From the human T2T-CHM13v2.0 reference genome, Homo sapiens: 64,000 nt of DNA. The stretch is from assembly GCF_009914755.1 (NCBI RefSeq), contig NC_060947.1, one strand, 5' to 3'. Every line of letters starts with the position of its first letter. The first letter of the stretch is position 1. Shown here in pieces: positions 32,589-46,629 of the stretch. Below the pieces are notes generated by a model, which was not told where the DNA came from, made no database searches, and saw only the letters and a program-made list of their open reading frames with translations. Position numbers and translations under genes: made by a program.

Positions 32589-33330
32589 GACTTCCAGTTC
32601 AGGAATGATAGTATAGATTCATTCATCTATTCTCTCCCTGCTGGATGCAACTATAATCCTAGAAACAATGCAAGAGGCAACCAAAAGATAACTCTGCAAG
32701 GTGAAAAGAGGATGATGAACTAGTTAGGGACCTAAGGACTTGAGGAAAGATACAGCAGGGTATCTAAAGATCACCCACCCAACAGAAGAAATAGACCCAG
32801 ACCTATCAGCAACTGACCTCAACCTAGCAGCAGGTAGCCCAGGTAGATTCATTTCTTTCCCAGATGGAACAGGATTCCCAACGACAACCCCAGCTGAACT
32901 TGGCAGCACTGGCAAGGGGAATCGGTGGGGATTCCCTCTGACAATATGTGGCCAGAGGAAGCCTCTCCTGCTTCACTATGTCCAAGAATCCCCTCTTTCA
33001 GGGAGAGACAATGGGCAACTGGAAGCACCAGCAAGGGGGACCATACCATATCAAACAACCTGGAACTGGAAACCTCTTTGTCTCCATGATCTGACACTCC
33101 CCTGCCCCACCAAGAGATATGAGACAGGCTGGTCCAGGGGCATCAGCAGGGAAAATTCCATTGAAATGACCTGTCTGGAGCTGGAGGAACTCTCAGTCTC
33201 TCATAGACAGGGAGATCATGCTGCAAGAAGCACTGGGCTAGGAAACACTGTTCTTCTCCACAGGGCAAGAGATTCCCTTTCATACCAAGCAGCAGGTGGC
33301 ACTGGTAGCCAGGAGGATCCCACCATAATG
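32589..33330 (+). mobile_element. Old L1M 5'UTR-like fragment
   Basis: GACTTCC...GAATGA start typical of L1M 5' ends; GC-richer decayed promoter sequence. Confidence 0.45.
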
Positions 33331-33339
33331 AGAGCCTTC

Positions 33340-35380
33340 TCCCAGATATTGTGCTAGGTTGCAAACATAAAAGAAATGTTATATTATTTTAAGTTCTAAA
33401 CATAAAAGAAAAATTACTAACTTGTACTTAATCTGAATCTAACCTTTCTGCTCCTCAAACGATATCATTAAGAAAATTTAAAAGTAAACCACAGACTAGG
33501 AGAAAATGTTCACAACAAATATATCTGACAAAGGACTTGTATCCTGAATATATAAATCCTTATAAGTCAGTGGTTCTCAACTGGGGGTGATTTTTGTTCT
33601 CTGGGGACAGTTGACAATGTTTAAAGACATTTTTGGTTGTCACAACTGGAGTGGGTATTTTCCTAGTAGAATCTAGTAGGCAGAGGCCAGGGATGCTGTT
33701 TAAAGCCCTACAATGCACAGGACAGCCCCACACAACAAAGAATTATCTGGCCCGAAATGTCAATAGTATTATATCAAGAAACCCTGTTATATAAATCAGT
33801 AACGAAAAGACAGACAACCCAATTTTTTTTAATGGGCAAAAAACTAGAACTGATACTTCACAGAAAAACATACATAAATGGCCAATAAGCAGATAAAAGG
33901 TGTTCAACATCTTTGGTCTGAAGAAATGCAAACTAAAACCACAAGAAACCACCAAGCAACAACCAGAATGGTAAAGAAAAAGTTTAATAATACCACATGT
34001 TAGGGAAGATGTGAAACAACTGGATCTTTCATACATGGTAGCAGATACAATGATTTGAAAAGGAGTTTGGAATTTTCCTGTAAAGTTCAACATATACCTA
34101 CTCTATGACCCAGCAATTCTACTCTTGTATATTTACCCCAAAGATATAAAAATATATGTCCACAACAAGACTTCTACAAGAATGTTTATAGCATCTTTAT
34201 TTATAATAGTCCTAAATTAAAAACATCCCAAATGTCCATCATCAACAGGAGAATAAATAAGCAAATTGTAGTATGTCCATACAATGAAATACTATTCAGC
34301 AATAAAAAAGGGAAAGAAATTCAAAACCATAATGAGGTATTACTTCACAACCATAGGGTGGCCATAATCAAAAAGTCAGATATTAACAAGTGTTGGTGAG
34401 GATGTGGAGAAATCAGAACCTCATATGCTTCAGTTGGGAATCAAAATGCTGCAGCCACTTGGAAAAGAGTTTGGCAGTGTCTCAAGAAGTTAAACACAGA
34501 GTTACCACATGACCCAACATTTCCACTCCTAGGTATATTTCCAAGGGAAATGAAAATATACGTCCATGCAAAGACTTGTACATGATTATTTATAGCAGCG
34601 TTATGCATATTAGTCAAAAGTGGAAACAAAATGTGGTATATCCATACAATGGCATATTATTCACCATAAAAAGGAATGAAGTATTGATACATGCTACAAC
34701 ATGGATGAACCTTCAAAACATTATGCTAAGTGAAAGAAATCAACCACAAAAGACCACATGTTATATGATTCCATTTATATGAAATGTCCATAATAGGCAA
34801 ATCTATAGAGACAAAAAGTGGATTGATGGGTGGTTGCTTAGGGATGGAGACGGGGGTTGTGGCTGGAGGGTGATGACTAAGGGGTATAGAGTTTCATTTT
34901 GGGATAATAAAAACTTTCTAAAATCAATTGTTGTGATGGTTATACAATTCTGTGAATATACTGTACTAGAAATCATTGAATTGTACACTTATATGGATAA
35001 ATTGTGTGGTATGTGAATTACCTCTCAATGTAGCTGTCAGCAAAAAAGAGAATGAAGTATCTGATAAACAAATATGTAGAATATACAAAATATCATAAAA
35101 CCAAAAGAAGTAGACCCCAAAGAGTATATACTGTGTTGTTTCATTTATATGAGATTCTAGAACAGGAAAACTAATGCACAGCAACAGAAACCATATCCAT
35201 CGTTGCCTGTGTGGGCCAAGGACTAAGAGAAAGTGAAAATGAGAAGACTTTCAAGTGTGATGGAAGTATTTTACATCTTGATTTTAAGTGGTAGAAATAG
35301 AGAGCACACATTCATTAAAACTCATTGAGTTGTACACTTAGGATATGTGCACTTCACTGTATGTAAATTTTACCTCAGTT
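33340..35380 (+). mobile_element. L1ME 3' portion with a nested L1MB7-like 3' end (~34310-35045)
   Basis: Two successive copies of the L1 ORF2 end/3'UTR (GACCCAGCAATT.., CATGGATGAACCTT..). Confidence 0.7.
33568..33786 (+). mobile_element. MER20 hAT-Charlie DNA transposon
   Basis: CAGTGGTTCTCAAC...AGAAACCCTG termini; GAGGCCAGGGATGCTG and AAGAATTATCTGGCCC. Confidence 0.9.
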
Positions 35381-38300
35381 AAGAGAGGATACAGGAGACA
35401 AGTGACTCGAGAAAGGAAGAGAGGAGAAATAGAAGAGAGGAAGACGGGAGGGGAAGAGAGGGAGAAAGGAGGGAGCAGACTTAGGAGATATTTATAAAAT
35501 AGAATCTATAGATTTGGCATCTGGTTGGATATAAAGGATCAGGGAGAGAAGGGACTGCAATAAAAAAGGTGGCAGAGTAATAGTCTGTAAGAATCCCGAC
35601 TTTAAAGCCAGATAAATGGGTAAGAGACTCCTCCAAGAACTAGCTGTGGGATCCTGGGCAATCATCTCACCTCTCAGAGCCTTCCTTGGTTTATTCACCT
35701 GTAAAAATGATAACAACCCATCTTTCATGAATTTTTATAAGGATTAATGAAATAATACATGTAAAGACCTACAGGAATTCAATTATGACTCTCAGATTTC
35801 TGACTCAGCCCCTAGACAGGTCTTGCTCTGCCTCTGGGATGAGATAGTGGTCTCAGATACATGAAGGAGTTATAGAAGGGATATTCAGAGAAAAAAGCCC
35901 AAAGTGAGGATGAGCAGCAGTTTCCCAGCATGCTGAGGGCTGGACTTGGGGCCCAGGACAAAAGTCACTAGATCTACTTTTAGGAGACATCTTCCCACCA
36001 GATTCTTAAGCTGGTAGGTGGGATGCTGGTAATAACCTCACTCTTCTAGTTCATAGTCTGAGAGGCATACACCCTCTAAACCTCTTTTCTTACCTCTACC
36101 TGGGCCATCAAGTTTGGCCTTGGACCCCATTTTTCTGGCTTGGTGGGTAGAGTGGTACTCTCTCTGAGAGCAATGGGACACTTCCCTGGACTCTGTGGGG
36201 GAAGCCTACATCTTTTGTATCTGATCAAAATCCTGCTTCCTTTTCCATCCATGCCTTAATGTCCAAAGGTGTGCAAGGCCCAGAGGGTGGAAAGTCTGGG
36301 CCACCTCTGACCTATCAGAGCTACCAGGCAAAGCAATAGAAGCTGAGTCATGGTTTCTGGATTAGCTTCGAGGAATAACTTGGGAAGGGTCATGCTCCTC
36401 AGACTTTGACATGGTTGCTTGGGGATCTTAGGGGCTTCAGGCTGATGATTTTTGAGCCTGTAAGAGAAGTCATCCTATTTCCAGTGTTTTGAACCCCTTC
36501 CTTCTCCTATGACTTCCCACATCCCCAGATGAGCTGGTGAGCAGCACCACCTCCCAGTCATGACCCTGAACCTCATCAGTCCCAAGATTTGACTGAGTTT
36601 CATCCTGCCTGTCTCAAGAGAGAGCAACATTCCTGAAGCACTGCAGAGAGTGTGGGGGTGGCTATAAGGAGCTGGAGAAAGTGGCCAGAAATTTGGGATT
36701 CTGACAACCTTTCATCAGAAGTCACCTCAGGTGAGGAAAAATAACCTCAGTTACCATGTGGGGGCAGCAGAGGCCAGTTAAAAAACCTGGAGCCTGGACT
36801 AGGCGTTCCTGGGTTAAAAGGTTTCGGTCTGTGCGGGGAGTCATGTCGAGTCTGCTCAGTCCCAGGCCAGCATTACCTCCCTGCAGGCCAGCGCAGACCT
36901 GGCCCAATGTGGGGAGGGGGTGTTCCAAAGCAGTCAGAGAAGTCCAAAAAGAGGAAAGGTTCCAGGACAGTAGGGCAGCCTTGAAGACCCAAAATGCCAC
37001 AATAGACAAGTCCAAAGCATAGTAAGGGAAGAGAGCAGTTATTTACATATAATTTCGTTCAGTCCTTACTGTGAGTATGCACAGAAATCTCTCCCTCCCT
37101 AACTGATTCTCACATAGATACATTCTTCTCCACTTTTGATATTCTTGGCTGACCTCTCCTAGCCTAGAACTCCTGTTCAGAACAGCTACCTCAGCTTCTG
37201 CCCCAGATCACCCTAGCAATAACTTTTCCATGTCCATCATGCTGGCCTTTAATGCCTGGAAGAACCACCTTCTTACCTTTATGGTCCATGAATTTAGGGT
37301 ATCCGGATATTGTAAGAATGCAACTCAGGGATTCAGGGAAGAGTGTCATCCTCCCCCTGGGTACACAAGAAGGGTGAGTCATCAGTGATTTCTTGGGGAA
37401 GAGGGTGAGGCTGGTAACCAGTGCTAGCTTGATTTGTTACAAAACTCAGAAAACAATGGCTATCTACATTCTACAAATGAGCCTGAAAGCCAGAAAAACT
37501 CCAGAAAGACAAGGCCTTACTGGGAGAGTCCAAAAGCAAGCTCAGACTTCAGAGAAGAAAGAGGGAGCCTGTTAACTGACGTGTTGGGAGTTCAAGATGC
37601 CATCCACTCTGGAGACCACATACCTGATAGAATAAACAAACCCAGATATTAGTTTAGACCAACCAGTGAATGTGCTGAGCATCCCTGAGGAATGTCCTGG
37701 AGAAGCCTCACTGTTTTTCCTCCTGCGCTTCCATACCCATGTGTCAGGGTCAGATGAACTTCGAGTGGTTTCCTGGCTTCCTTCCTGCAGGCCTAGAGAC
37801 TTCCATCCTGAAAGCTGCCATTAACACATTATCCCTTTGGGTGGGTCACATCTCTCCTTTGGACTGGGTCAAGAGTGAGAAAAAGTTGCCCTGGCCCTCC
37901 CCCAAAGATAATTCTGAAGATAACCCTCAGGTAAAGGGCTCTACTGGCCATCATGAAGGCAAAACAGGACAGAAGTAACAAAAGCAACATATTGCACATA
38001 CTAGGTTTGGTGAATTGTTACAGTGGAATAAATGTAAAGTGACAAAGGATCCACCTTCCAAAGTTTCCAGATAGTTGGAAGTTGGGCTCTATCTCCTGAT
38101 CCCTTCTACGATGGCCACTGGAAGCTGCTAGGCTTCTTTCCTCTGCACTCCTTGGAGGGAGATCATCTCCCTCTAATCCCCCCACCCACATTTCACCCAA
38201 CCCATCCCTGAAGCAAGGGCATGCAGGCCTCTTTTCTCTGCATGAGGAATCTGTATTTCAGAGGATGTTCACCCTGGGGAATGAGGAGGAGCACCCAACC

Positions 38301-41049
38301 CACAAGCCTTTGCTATACATAGAAATCTTCCCCTCTGGGAGTTTCCTCCCAGCAGATAACCAGACTTAATAACCTGCTGGTGAATGTGTCTCAGGCAGCA
38401 TAAAAGAATAGAAAGACATCATGAGAGAAGAAAAAGGGAGGGCTTATTCTCTCCAACAAAGAACAGTTCAGGGAGGTCTAATATGTACTGAGGACCATAT
38501 ATAAGACACTTTAAGGTCATCATGACATTTTTTCTGCACAACAACCTTACGAAGTAACTATTTCTCCCCGTTTTTTTAACTGATAGGAAAACTGGCTCTG
38601 ATTCTTTGTGCTCAGAAGTGCTAGGCTGGGTTGTAAACCCAGGCCTGCCTGATTCCAAAGTTAATGCTGTTTTAAAATACCAAAGTGCTGATTTATGAAG
38701 AGAGTGGGAGCTGATTGAGGCAACTGCGAGATCACTGGACCAGGACCCAAGCCACAGGAGGAGAACCACAGATCCTCCAGCAGACAGGACAGCCACAAAG
38801 CTGAAGTGCTTTGGCTCTGTGGAGGGCATATGCCAGAGTATTGCCCTCCCTCCAACACAGAGGCAGTAGAGGAGCAGGTTGTTGGAGAAGCCCCCAAGCC
38901 AGGGAAACCCAGGTTTTCCTTGGGCCCAAAGTCCCAGGTCACACATGGGTCAGTGTCCAAGGTGACTTGGACTCTAGTGCTCTGCCCAGATTTACTGCCT
39001 CAAGACCTCTACTCAGCTTCCTTCTATACTTAGCTCTACTGATAACAGGAGATGAGTCTGACCGTGACTTCACACTGAGTTGTGGAGGATGGAGCTCCTT
39101 CCTTACGCCCTGGCCCTAACTTTCACCACTTTCAGGAGGCAGTTGCCTCCAATGTGATGAGGCAGGAAGCTACAGAGAGGGGCTTTCTGGCCTTGACAAG
39201 CAATCTGCACCAGATCCAGGACCAGGAGCCTTTTGGCCAAGGCCTTGCCCTGCCTGGGAAGCAGACTCCAGAGAGGATCTGAAGAGCAGTGCTAGAGGGG
39301 TCCCATCTACCCATTACCAGATGGAAAATCTACCTCTATCTTGACAGGTATGTCTCATGTTCACCCATTAAAAAGTACTCAGTGAAGAAAGAAGCTGCTT
39401 CCCTTGAAAGGAGAAACTCATAGCACTGAAGAGAGAATCTATGGAAGAAGCAGCTCTAGTTTTCCCCCAACTCTGACCCTTTGAATTTCTCCTTTCCCCT
39501 TAGGGCCCTAGGTCTCCGTCTGATCTCACCATCATCACTTCCTTGGTAAAACAGAACCTGGGGGCTCCCAGGTTGAAGCAACGAATATCTTGGGGAGGAG
39601 GCATGCAGGAGAGAAGCTCTCATTCCCAGTACCCCCACAGTGAACTCCATGGTAGGGCTTGGCCTCTTTCTTTTTGCCCCTGCTGCCACATACTACATGC
39701 CCCAGCGATGTGTCACTCTCTTTTTAAGACTCTGGCCTGAGAGAGGCACAAAGCCTATCCTTGGCTTTCCCTGGGCACAGTAGAGTGAGCAGGAAGCAAC
39801 TGCACAAAGAACTTTCTGAAGCAGTCTGGGAGAAGGAGAGGGACATGCCAGAAACCCAAACAGTCCAGCTTTCACAGCACATGTCTCAGAGCCAACCACA
39901 GCCAAGTTTTCTCTGAGACTCACACATTCTGTCTGTACTATATTCAGGCTCCAAAGCAGCAGAAGGCTGGCTCCTTCCCTCTCCATTCCTGACCTGTGCT
40001 CACAGGGTAGGCACCTCTTACCTCCAACCTCAGGGGGCAAGTGTTTGAGGGCTGGGTTCCCTCCCTGGCCAGTACTACAGAAACCTGCGTCACAGTCTTC
40101 TTGGAGTCCTCCCCCTCAGCTCTGGTTCCCTCTCTGAAGAATGCATTTCTTTTCCAGGTGATCCTTAGGACTCAGTTGTTGATTGATACCATTTATTAAC
40201 TGACAGTTCAAGTGAGTGCCAACCCCCTACGTTGAGGGGTTTGGCTATGACCTTTATAGGCCCCACAGTCTGACAACACTGTAGCCCTATGAGACCTTTA
40301 ACATCCAAATATCAAGAGTTACCCACACATGTACAACAAGGGTCTGATTTCATCAGAGTTGGCATCTTAATTCTCTGTACTGTGAAGTGTGGGGACTTGC
40401 ATTCAGCCCAAAACAATAACCTTTATTAAAAACTCTTTGGATATACCTGAACCACTGTACTTTCATCCTTGCTATGAGAGGCATAAGAAATAGCTTTCAA
40501 TTTAAGCAGGAAAAATGAAAATTGGAAACAAGATTTCCAGTGAATCTTGAAACTGAGAGAGCTTTGAAAATTAAAGACCCTCTACCTATGGCAATCTTTA
40601 ACATAGGAAAAAATGGTCCTCCAAAGTATAAACTAGAAGAGAAGCTTTTGTGGGAAGGAAAGAAATGAATGAGGTAATCTCAATGTGACTAAAATCCTAA
40701 AGTGCTTTTCTCCATGGCTTTTCCATCCTAGAGGGTGTCTGAATTCCCTTTGCTCAAGCCACCCTCTCTATGCATCAAATCATAGAATCACAAAACCTTG
40801 GATGTCAAAAGCTTTAGAGATCATCTTGTGGCTATATCACCATAAGCAGTCATTCAACTTCTCCTTAGATATCTGCTTGAAGATACCTTCATTGAGAGGA
40901 ATTCATTATCTCTGGAGGCAGACATGAGAGAATAACCTTCTGTTTCTACATGGTGTGGGTCATGTTTGGTATTAAAACACAGTCATGCTAGCAGATTCAT
41001 TAAGGTAAAGCCATACTCCTCTAATGGAATTGGGATGGTCTCACTTTCT

Positions 41050-41495
41050 CACTTGAAATGTTTATTAATTAATTAATTCTAAATACGGAGCATCTATGTG
41101 CTAGGCATTGTGTTTGCAGCTAGAGAAACAAGGAGGAACAAAAACAGACATGGTTCCTGTTCTGAAGGATTCTGGAGTGTAGTGGGAGAGACAGTGATTA
41201 ACCAAGGAATCACGCAAATAAGGGTGTAAATGCATCTAAGATAAGTGCTATGAAGAAAGGAAGACAGTTCTACAAGGGATCTAACAAGGGAACCTGACCT
41301 AGCCTGCAGGAACTAGTCAAGGAAATCTTCCCTGAGGAAGTGATGCTGGAACTGGAATCTGAGTATTAAGTAGTATTAGCCAGGCAAAGTGGCTAGAGGT
41401 AGGGAGTAAAGAGAGTGTTTCAGGCAAAAGAAACAGCTTGTGCAAAGCTCCTGTGGCCAAAAAGACATGGCATTTGGAACTCAAAGGTGGCCAGT
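41050..41495 (-). mobile_element. L2 fragment
   Basis: TATGTGCTAGGCATTGTG...AAAAACAGACATGGTTCCTG...TTCCCTGAGGAAGTGATG. Confidence 0.75.
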
Positions 41496-41498
41496 GTG

Positions 41499-41614
41499 GG
41501 CCAGGCATGGTGGCTCACACCTGCAATTCCAGAACTTTGGGAGGCCTAGGCAGGAGGATCACTTGAGGCCATTCTCAGGTATTCTGTTAGAGCAACACAA
41601 AATGGACTAAGACA
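41499..41614 (+). mobile_element. AluJ/FLAM 5' fragment fused to an MST/MLT1 LTR 3' end
   Basis: GGCCAGGCATGGTGGCTCAC...GATCACTTGAGGCCA directly followed by TCTCAGGTATTCTGTTAGAGCAACACAAAATGGACTAAGACA. Confidence 0.8.
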
Positions 41615-42359
41615 TAAGATTATTGGCTAAGAGTGAGAGGGTGGACACAGGGGTTGGAGGTTTAAGAAAAGAATGGAGAAGATTTGAAATAGTCATCCTG
41701 GAGAATGAAAAGTACTAAAGAAATTTAGTACCTGTTTGGATTGTGAAGCAATGTTGAAGGCTTGATTGAGATTGGTGATTTATAGTGGAGCATGTCCCGT
41801 TTGTGACAATGGAGGTGGGTGGCTGAGGTAGAGTGGAAGAGATGGGGCAGTTTAGGAACCGGGAAGCCCAGGTGATGGCTGAATTTTAATTTGTATACTG
41901 AAGTCCCCTAGGATGATGGCGGGCCTTGCAGTCAGGGGTGGGGAAGCCAGTGAGACAGAAACCAAATCCTTCATTTGGTTTCAGTAGCTGCAGGGTCTGT
42001 ACACTCCAAGCTCTGGAGTAGTGGTGAGCCTAGAGGTAGCCATCTAGGTACCTTTGTGGCCTAGAGTGGGATGGATCCTAGGGTGAGGCCACTCTGTCAA
42101 CTTAGGGATAAGGTCAGATTCCTCATATTAGAAAGTAAAAGTGAAAGGGCCCAAGGTGGGTTAAAATGTGAACATTTACTTCTCTTGGTTTTGACTGAGA
42201 AGATATTAAAATATCTAGGAGGAATCTCCTGGGTTTAAGTCCATGTCCCAGCCCCATCTATCCCAGCTCACCCACAGCTGCCAAACAATCAAGAAGTTGA
42301 AAATGTTATTTGGTGTTTGAATCTTGGCAATTACCCAGAATCACTAAGTTTATTCTGAG

Positions 42360-42612
42360 AAGAGATCAAGTAGTCATGAACTCCGGAACCAGACTGCATA
42401 TACTCAAATTCTCCCTTCGCCACTTGCCAACTGCATGACCTTAGACAAGTGACTTAACCTGTCTGTACCTCAGTGTCTAGAAAATAGAGACAACGGTAGA
42501 TCTACCCCACATAATTGTTGTCATAGAGGGTTAAGTGGCTTAAAATATGTAAATGCTTAGAATAGTACCTGGTGCATGTTAAGCACTATGTAACTGTTCA
42601 TTTTTATTGTTA
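42360..42612 (+). mobile_element. MIR
   Basis: TGACCTTAGACAAGTGACTTAACCTGTCTGTACCTCAGT core; CTTAGAATAGTACCTGG tail. Confidence 0.8.
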
Positions 42613-42739
42613 TTGACTCTCTCCCAATTCACTCAATGTCTCTCTCATTCACTCAATCACTTGATACTACCCTGCTTGCTGGAATCTCCCTGGCTCTGAA
42701 CCCTAACCTGAATAACTACTTTTGATCCTTCCCCTATGC

Positions 42740-43110
42740 AGTTTCTTTCCCGGGTCTGTTTACCTCTAGACGAAATAAGCTCGGGGCCTTCAAATGTTCC
42801 TCGTATGACGTGACCACTAGTGCACTAGCCCAGCGACTTACCTTTGGACATCTTGCATCTTGTCATTGTATCCTAGCTTAAATGGGTTGTTCAGAATGGA
42901 GCACAGTGCTCCAGGTAGGACATGACAAGTGTAGGGAAGGGCAGAACCATCTCTTCTCTTGTTCTGGTTCTCTACTTATATTAATGCAGCCTAAAATCTA
43001 ATTAGCTCTGTTGGCAGCACCATCACTCTGTTGGCTCACATTGACTTTACAATCAAATCAAGGTCTTTTTCACATGTGCTGTTGTTAAACCAGGCAGAGC
43101 TCTTCTATCC
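42740..43110 (-). mobile_element. L3/CR1 fragment
   Basis: TTAATGCAGCCTAAAAT...TTGGCAGCACATCACTCTGTTGGCTCACATTGA. Confidence 0.6.
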
Positions 43111-43222
43111 TGTGCTAGAGGAATAAACCCGGCTGTAGTTGCTAGGAGAAAGTCAAGTCTAGTAGCCAAAAGCCCAGTGTCTTAGGGGTTTAGTTCAGGC
43201 AAGAAATTGGTGGTTAGGGTTC

Positions 43223-43762
43223 AGGGCAGTTGCTACTCACTGCCTGCCTAATAATGATTTTTCTCTTCTTCCTTACTTATAGAATCCCAATTTTGTTCAG
43301 GGCAGCAGTGTGCCCAGCTAAAAGTACTGGATTTCCCAGCTTCCTTTGCAGCTAGGAATGTCCTTATGACATGGTTCTAGTCAGAGATGTAGGTGGATGT
43401 CACTGGAGAGGGCGTTCCATTTGGAATAAAAATGTAAAGCCCCTCTAGAAGATCCTTTGTCCTTAGCCTTCTTGCCCCCTAGCTCTTTCCCTTCTTCTTC
43501 TCTAGAATGCAGACATGAGGCTTAGAGCTGTAGCAGCCATGTTGTGACCATGAGGCAAAAAGCAAGTGGATGAAAGCCTACCTTAAGATGGTGGAGATGA
43601 AAAACCAGGGTCTTGATGGCATCGTTGAACTGCCACATCAGTCCTATCTGGGCCTTCCATCAAGGAAATTTTTGTTGAATGAGACAAGTAAACCTCTGTC
43701 TGTTTAAGCCACTGTTGTAGAGTTGTCTGGTATTTGCAGCCAAAAATATTCCTAATTAATAT
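43223..43762 (+). mobile_element. MLT1I/J-type MaLR LTR
   Basis: TTCCCAGCTTCCTTTGCAGCTAGG, GCAGCCATGTTGTGACCATGAGG, TTTAAGCCACTG...TTCCTAATTAATA. Confidence 0.75.
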
Positions 43763-45239
43763 AGTAACCCTACATGACAGAAAAACTGGGGTTCCAAATG
43801 GAGGGCAAACATGACTACAGGAATCCAGAAGAAGAAGATATGTAGAAATACAAGCGGGCAGTCGGGATTAGAGGAGTCTGTCAGTGGGCCACCAGACCTC
43901 TCAGCCACTGGGTTAGGGCGCAGGGTCAGGACTTCCTTCCTGGATGGTGAACTGAAAGAGCATGACTGGGTCTAGTCCTTGACAGAGCACTGGTAGAGGC
44001 AGGCAGGGTTTCTGACTGAGGGACTCAGATACAGGACATGAGACAGAAGGTTAGGGATCAGAAGTGGGGAATGAGGTAGAGACTCGATGGAAACTTGAGA
44101 TCGGACTCAGATCAGTGGTGAAGGGACAACTTGATACTGAGTTTCAGTGTGCATACCCAGGTTACTTCAATCCTTCCTGTCTTAGGACAGGGATAGCCTG
44201 CAAATAGGAGAGAAATTACTCCAACTATGAAGGCAGGATCCAGGCAGATCCTGACAAGCGTCAGCTCAAGCTGCGCTTTAGCCATCCTGACACTCTTCTT
44301 ACAGATTCACCCTTAATTACATGCCCTTCTTTCCATCTTTTTCCCCCATGACCTTTTAAGATCTGAGCTTAACAGAAAGCTCCTGATGCAACCACACTGG
44401 TCACTTTAAACAGCTCCCACTTTGTCTTCTTCCTAATTGTCAGCATTTCACTGCAAGAAACCTTCCCCTTCTCCCTCTCCCTCAAGTTGTCTTCCCCTCT
44501 GCCTGGTTTGAGGGCACTCTATTGCTCTTCTTGTTCAGTCTGGGCCCCCTCAGGAGTGACCCGCCTCCATCCCCTGGCTTTAGCCTCCACTAACCCGGGA
44601 GCAGGTGGAAAGAAAGGGCTGAGAAGAAGGACTGGCCAGGGCCCACCAGCTCTGGGGGAACAGCGGGCCACTCCAGTTCCCCTCCCCACCTTGGCTATTC
44701 TGCTCCAGGGGCCGATTAAGGCCAATGCCTTCCCTTCCCCCATCCCAATTTCTTGGGTCATCTGAAGTTAGAGAATGAGAGCCTCTTCTGACTGTTGGTT
44801 TGCTAGCACTTCTTCTTTGTGTGCAGCGGGAACTGTGTGGGTAAGTTATTGTTATATTGTGCTCCTGTGATAAATGGACCTTTGTGAGACACTTTTCACC
44901 CTGTGTGTGCTTGGGGAGAGGGAGGGAGTCTTGCCTGAGTGACTTCTCACAGAAAGCTCCAGAGGTGCTCAGAGCTGATAGCCTAGACCTGGCAGGCTGC
45001 TCTTTCATTGGCAGTCAAGGGTGTCAATCACTGTGGCCCTGCCAATCAGCTCCGAACTAGGTATCTGTAAGCGATTAGCTTTCTTTGTTAGAACACTGAA
45101 CCCTCCAAGGACTAAACAAAGAATGGCTCAGGAAAGACAGTTCCTAGGTGGGCAGGGGCAGTCGTGCCAGTGTCACTAACTGGAACTCTTTGGTTTCATC
45201 CTCTTTCTAGCCCTGCCTCCTAGCTCCTTTCAATTCTAC

Positions 45240-46105
45240 TTCTTTCATTTCCCTCCCATGTGCATTTATTTTCTCTGTCTCCACTGCTGCTGCCTTTGTT
45301 CAGCCCTCCACACCTCTCACCTGACTACTAACCAGTCTCCCAACTAGTTTCCCTGCCTGCCGTCTCACTCCCTCCAATCCAGTCTCCATGCTGCAGTCAA
45401 ATCAATCTTCTAAAAATACAAGTCTGATCGTGTCACCTCCTGCTGAAAACCTTTCGGCCTGTTCCATGGCTCCTAGTGCCCTTGGGATAAAGTCCAAACT
45501 ACTTAGCATGGCACCCAGGGCCCTTCATGATTTGGCTCCTGCCAAATCCTCAGCCTCATTTTGGCAGTGCTCCCACTTCACACCTAGTCATGATGAACTA
45601 CTTTGCAGGTTTCTGAACGTACCATTCCTGGCGTTACTTCTGGTCCTTTACACATAACATTCCCACTGCCTGGGACATCCTTCACACACCGCCTTCTTTG
45701 CTACCTATCCAGCCGGTCCTTACTCATCCCTTAAGGTTTCAACTAAACTCCTTCAGCTCAAGACACATATTTTACTCATGTCTATATTGCTGATGCCTAA
45801 TACAGCATCTAGAATGTAATAGATCCTCAATAGATGTTTGACAAAGGAATGAATCAATGAATGAATGACTCAACTCCAGCGGCTGTGTGCAGAATCATCT
45901 CTCAGGGAATCTGGCAAAGTTGACTGGTCCCTCCCTCTATGGGAGGGACACCTACCATCCTTATTGCACTAGGTTGCAATTTCTTCTTTAACATGTCTGC
46001 CTCTCTAATTCAACTGTGAGCACCTCAAGGGCAGGGCCGTCTGATTCACCGCAGTATCCTACTTAGCCCCCAGCACAGTGCTTGTAACATAATGAATAAA
46101 TAGGC
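45240..46105 (+). mobile_element. L2 3' fragments
   Basis: GGATAAAGTCCAAACT...GCCCTTCATGATTTGG; (GAAT)n tail near 45850. Confidence 0.7.
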
Positions 46106-46629
46106 CTCCCAAATGCCTGACAGTTTTGTCCCTTGTCTCATTTCCTGCTACTCCCTTCCCCACAAATTCTCACCATCAATATAGCCAAACTGCCACACTC
46201 GTGGCTTCACAAACATACAAAGCTGCTCCCTACCCCTGAAACTTTTCATCTGCATTCCTTTTATTTGGAATGCCCTTCTCAACCACCCACCCTAATCCTG
46301 CTACTTTAGAAACTAGCTCCATTTGTCCCTCTTCCAGAAACCTTTTATGTACCCACCCCAGTCCACCTCTGAGTAGTGCTAACGATGCCCACCCATTTCA
46401 TTTGATCCTTGGCATCCCTTCGTGTTACTCAGGGGAAAACCAAGACTCAGAAAAGGAAAAGACTCTCAAGGGTACACAGCATATCAGCAGTTGAGTTATT
46501 TATCCAAGGCTCTAGTTCATGAATCCTCCCACTAGCCAATATACATGTCTTGTTTCCTTATATAGACTATAATTTCCTTTAAGGAAGGAATGCCTTGGCT
46601 CTTTCATCTTTCCAGGGCCTTACTGGAGT

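Noticed and set aside
32740-33357. 205-aa ORF
   Set aside because: TTG start, lies in a decayed L1M 5'UTR-like segment, no recognisable domain
35800-41000. Repeat-poor 5-kb stretch with many short ORFs
   Set aside because: No recognisable protein, RNA gene or consistent exon structure; may be regulatory, but nothing is supportable from sequence alone
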